This document shows positions 32,740 through 35,556 of a DNA stretch of 35,556 bases, piece after piece. A program made the translations under genes and the position numbers. Numbering within the stretch: position 1 is the stretch's first letter; the number at the start of each line of letters is the position of its first letter. The DNA comes from a virus (taxonomy: Duplodnaviria; Caudoviricetes): positions 1 through 35,556 of IMG/VR virus record IMGVR_UViG_3300011443_000036; one strand, 5' to 3'. The notes beneath the pieces were generated by a model that worked only from the letters and a program-made list of their open reading frames with translations, searched no databases and was not told where the DNA came from.

Positions 32740-32787
32740 CCACCAACGGGCCTCGGCCCTTTCTCAGACAGAAAGAGGGAGATCCTC

Positions 32788-33327
32788 ATGCAGACTCTTG
32801 GTTTTGTCCTCCTGACGCTCGTTGCGGGCCTCGGCCTGCTCACCCTGATCGGCCTGGGCTTCCTCGGGAAGCGTGGCGTAAAGATGGTGCACGCCGACCA
32901 GCTCACGGAAGAGCCCATCGTCCGTCTCTTGACGGTGCTCGGGCTGCTGACGTCGATCGGTAAGCTCAACATGGCCGGACAGGTGCTCGCCAAAACGACC
33001 GCCTACACCATCACCGGGGCGGAAGGCAGCGGCACCACGTTCACCAATCGCGGCGCGACCGCGTCCGTGACCTTCACGCTCCCAGCGGCGGCGGCCCGGT
33101 ATGCGGGTCATCGGTACTTCTTCCGCGGCCTGGCCGACTACGCCGTCGTCGTCGCGGCGGCCACCGCGGACACACTGGTCGCGACCAACGACATCGCGGC
33201 CGACTCGGTCGCGATCGCGACCGCGAGCCAGATCATCGGCGGCAAGATCGAAGCCTTCTGTGACGGCACGCAATGGTATGCCAACGTCGTCACGATCGGC
33301 CACGCGCAGACGATCGTCACCGCCTAA
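32788..33327 (+). CDS. Paralogous decoration-type protein with N-terminal hydrophobic extension
   Basis: AKTTAYTI...GTTFTNRGATASVTFTLP; N-terminal LGFVLLTLVAGLGLLTLIGLGFL. Confidence 0.72.
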   Translation: MQTLGFVLLTLVAGLGLLTLIGLGFLGKRGVKMVHADQLTEEPIVRLLTVLGLLTSIGKLNMAGQVLAKTTAYTITGAEGSGTTFTNRGATASVTFTLPAAAARYAGHRYFFRGLADYAVVVAAATADTLVATNDIAADSVAIATASQIIGGKIEAFCDGTQWYANVVTIGHAQTIVTA

Positions 33328-33353
33328 CGCTCAGGCCCTTGAACAGGTCGATG

Positions 33354-33389
33354 AGCCCGCCTCCCGCGTGCAGACGCGCGGGGCGGGCT
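33354..33389 (+). terminator. Candidate intrinsic terminator
   Basis: AGCCCGCC/GGCGGGCT plus CGCGT/ACGCG stem, followed by TCCTT. Confidence 0.45.
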
Positions 33390-33408
33390 TCCTTCACGAT
33401 GTTGTTTC

Positions 33409-33440
33409 CACCGACGAGCCGGGCCAAGGACCGTGCGGTG
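33409..33440 (+). promoter_or_regulatory. Conserved hairpin element, copy 2 (before fibre start)
   Basis: CACCGA-c-GAGCCGGGCCAAGG-acc-GTGCGGTG, immediately followed by ATG 33441. Confidence 0.7.
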
Positions 33441-35556
33441 ATGGCAGTTACGCGATGGGCGCGTGCGAGTCTCCTCGCCGCCCTTGTCTTCTTGATGGCG
33501 GCCCCTGCCGCCGCGCAGTCAATTTCTGCGACCGGCTCGATTACCACCGAAGCCGACACCGTCACGCTCTTGACGGGTGGCGTCTCCCTGCCTGCGGGCG
33601 GATGGGCCACGGTCGCGATTCAAGTCACCGGCACGTGGACCGGCACACTCACCTTCGAGGGGAGCGTCGACGGCACGACCTTTACCGCGGTGCGGGCGAA
33701 TCCCGTCGGGGCGACCACCGCCGTGACGACGTCGACCGCGAATGGGCTCTGGACGATTCCCACGGCCGGCCTGCAGGTCGTGCGCGTGCGCGCCTCGGCC
33801 GCCATGACCGGCACGAGCGTCGTCTACCTCCGCGGCCACCCCTCGGGCGGCACAGCCGGGTCCGCCGAAGTTACCACCGGCGACATCACCGTCGAGAACG
33901 TCGAGATCGTCACGTTTCCCGACAATGAACCGTTCAACCTGGCGCAGATTGCCGGCAGTTCGACCGGCCTCGCCAACACGGGCGTGATGGGCGCCGCCAC
34001 CCAGCGCGTCACGCTGGCGACCAACGACCCCGGCGTGGTGCTCCTCGGCACAATCGACACCGACACCGGCAATATCGCCACCGCCGTTGCCACGGTCGCG
34101 GGCGCCGTGAGCGGCACGGAGATGCAGGTCGACGTCCTGACCATGCCCACCGTGACGGTCACGGGCACCATCACCGCCAACCTATCCACGACCGACAACA
34201 ACGTCCTCGACGACATCGCGGACGGCATCGCGGTCACGAACGCGGGCACGTTCCTCGTCCAGGCGGCGCAGTCGGGCACGTGGAATATGCGGTTGCAGGA
34301 CGGCAGCGGCAACGCCATCGCGTCCGATGCCAATGGCGGAACGCGGGCCATCGCGGCGGTCATCTACGACGCCTCCGGCAATGCCATCACCGCGTTCTCG
34401 GGGTCGGGCGGCACCGCCTCGAACTTCGGGTCCGCGTTTCCGTCCGCCGGCACTGCGGCAGGCGGCACCGACGGCACGAACATGCAGGGGTTCCGCGTCA
34501 TTGACGGGGACACCGGCGGCGGCACGTTCTACACCCTGGCCGTCAACAACGTCTTCCGGACCTCGGGCACGCCCGTGGAAGCGGGGACCTCGACCAACCC
34601 GTGGAACGTGGTCTTTGCGTCCGCACAGAGCGTCACGGCGAACGCGGGCACCAACCTCAACACGTCCGCCCTGCTGACGTCGGCTCTGCATGATGCCGCC
34701 TTCGGCCCGGCCGGCACCGCGGATGCGCAGGTTCGGACCGTCCAGGGGATCGCGTCGATGACGCCGCTCCAAGTGGAGTCGAACAGCGCGGCGCTCGGCA
34801 CGCAGACCACGTTGGCGCTGGTCCAGACGGCGGTCGAAACCATCGAGAACGCCGTCTCTGGCGCGGGCTTCAATATCACGCAGATGGGCGGGGCGTCCAT
34901 CCCGATGACGACCACGCAGGGCGACGATGCGCTCAACACGCTCGATGGGCTCAACACGACGAGCTTCGCGCACTGGTTCGACGGGACCGGCTGGGACCGC
35001 GCGCGTGGCACCGCTGCGGACGGACTGCTCGTCAACCTCGGGACGAACAATGACGTGGTGGCGACTGGCACGGGCACGTTCCTCGTGCAGGTCGACGGCG
35101 CGGCCCTGACCGCCTTGAACCTCATCGACAACCTGCCCAATACCCTCGGGTCGACGACGAGCGGGCAGTCGGGCGCGCTGATGCTCGGGGCGGTGACGAC
35201 CGCGGCGCCGTCCTACACGACCGCGCAGACCAATGCGCTCTCGTTGACGACCGCGGGCCTCCTCCGCGTGGCGATCGAGGCGGGCGCGGGCTCGGGCGGC
35301 ACCGCGCTGGCGGATGGGGCCACGTTTAACGTCAATAGCACCTCGATTACCCCGGTCGGCGGGTTCTACGAATCGTCTCCGACGGCCTGCATCACCGGCG
35401 ACGCGTGCGTGGTCGGGGTCACGGAGTACCGAGCGGCCAAGGCCGCGCTCTATACCCCCGCGGGCGTCGCTGTCACCTACGGGACGGACTACACGTTCAA
35501 CGTCGCCCTGACCCCGTCGACGACGGCCGGGCCGATCATGATGGGCCGTGCGTCCG
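33441..35556 (+). CDS. Long Thr/Gly/Ala-rich fibre/adhesin-like protein with Sec-type signal peptide, 3'-truncated (>705 aa)
   Basis: Translated manually, no stop before the window end (absent from the ORF track). MAVTRWARASLLAALVFLMAAPAAA-QS; beta-sandwich-like IQVTGTWTGTLTFEGSVDG; FDGTGWDR; repeated GSGGT. Confidence 0.85.
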   Translation, partial: MAVTRWARASLLAALVFLMAAPAAAQSISATGSITTEADTVTLLTGGVSLPAGGWATVAIQVTGTWTGTLTFEGSVDGTTFTAVRANPVGATTAVTTSTANGLWTIPTAGLQVVRVRASAAMTGTSVVYLRGHPSGGTAGSAEVTTGDITVENVEIVTFPDNEPFNLAQIAGSSTGLANTGVMGAATQRVTLATNDPGVVLLGTIDTDTGNIATAVATVAGAVSGTEMQVDVLTMPTVTVTGTITANLSTTDNNVLDDIADGIAVTNAGTFLVQAAQSGTWNMRLQDGSGNAIASDANGGTRAIAAVIYDASGNAITAFSGSGGTASNFGSAFPSAGTAAGGTDGTNMQGFRVIDGDTGGGTFYTLAVNNVFRTSGTPVEAGTSTNPWNVVFASAQSVTANAGTNLNTSALLTSALHDAAFGPAGTADAQVRTVQGIASMTPLQVESNSAALGTQTTLALVQTAVETIENAVSGAGFNITQMGGASIPMTTTQGDDALNTLDGLNTTSFAHWFDGTGWDRARGTAADGLLVNLGTNNDVVATGTGTFLVQVDGAALTALNLIDNLPNTLGSTTSGQSGALMLGAVTTAAPSYTTAQTNALSLTTAGLLRVAIEAGAGSGGTALADGATFNVNSTSITPVGGFYESSPTACITGDACVVGVTEYRAAKAALYTPAGVAVTYGTDYTFNVALTPSTTAGPIMMGRAS

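Larger units (their letters stand above)
1..35556 (+). mobile_element. Tailed phage genome segment (recombination-replication-packaging-head modules)
   Basis: Terminase large subunit, portal, scaffold and MCP occur in canonical order. Many small co-oriented ORFs overlap at ATGA/GTGA. No host housekeeping genes. Confidence 0.96.

Noticed and set aside
1-35556. Host assignment and alternative genetic code
   Set aside because: High GC and signal-peptide style are not enough to name a host; all three stop codons terminate genes normally

Overview
This window is a high-GC, densely packed, almost entirely + strand segment of a tailed dsDNA phage (Caudoviricetes) genome or prophage. No integrase or att site is visible, so lifestyle cannot be called. 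From left to right: (1) three tiny membrane peptides; (2) a recombination module with a Rad52/RecT-like annealase, SbcD and SbcC, HNH nucleases and a YfdP/YfdQ (DUF2303) pair; (3) a replication initiator with an internal origin-like stretch; (4) a GroES co-chaperonin and a repeat-delimited Cys/His cassette gene; (5) a DUF559/Vsr-like nuclease; (6) a separately promoted operon with a C5 cytosine methyltransferase and an Arc-like regulator; (7) a metallopeptidase, a probable terminase small subunit and the terminase large subunit; (8) an initiator-like tRNA(CAU); (9) portal, scaffold, major capsid protein (MCP) and two paralogous decoration-type proteins; (10) a long Thr/Gly/Ala-rich fibre-like protein with a Sec-type signal peptide that runs off the right end. 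The most notable observation is that the small genes between terS and terL (19587-21458) carry short segments matching this phage's own MCP and fibre protein, suggesting a cluster of virion-fragment mimics or decoys. Also notable are a conserved hairpin directly before the portal and fibre start codons, an in-frame repeat/spacer cassette gene, and several proteins with host export signals (Sec, Tat, prepilin-like). All family assignments and alignments were made by eye from motifs; no database search was run.
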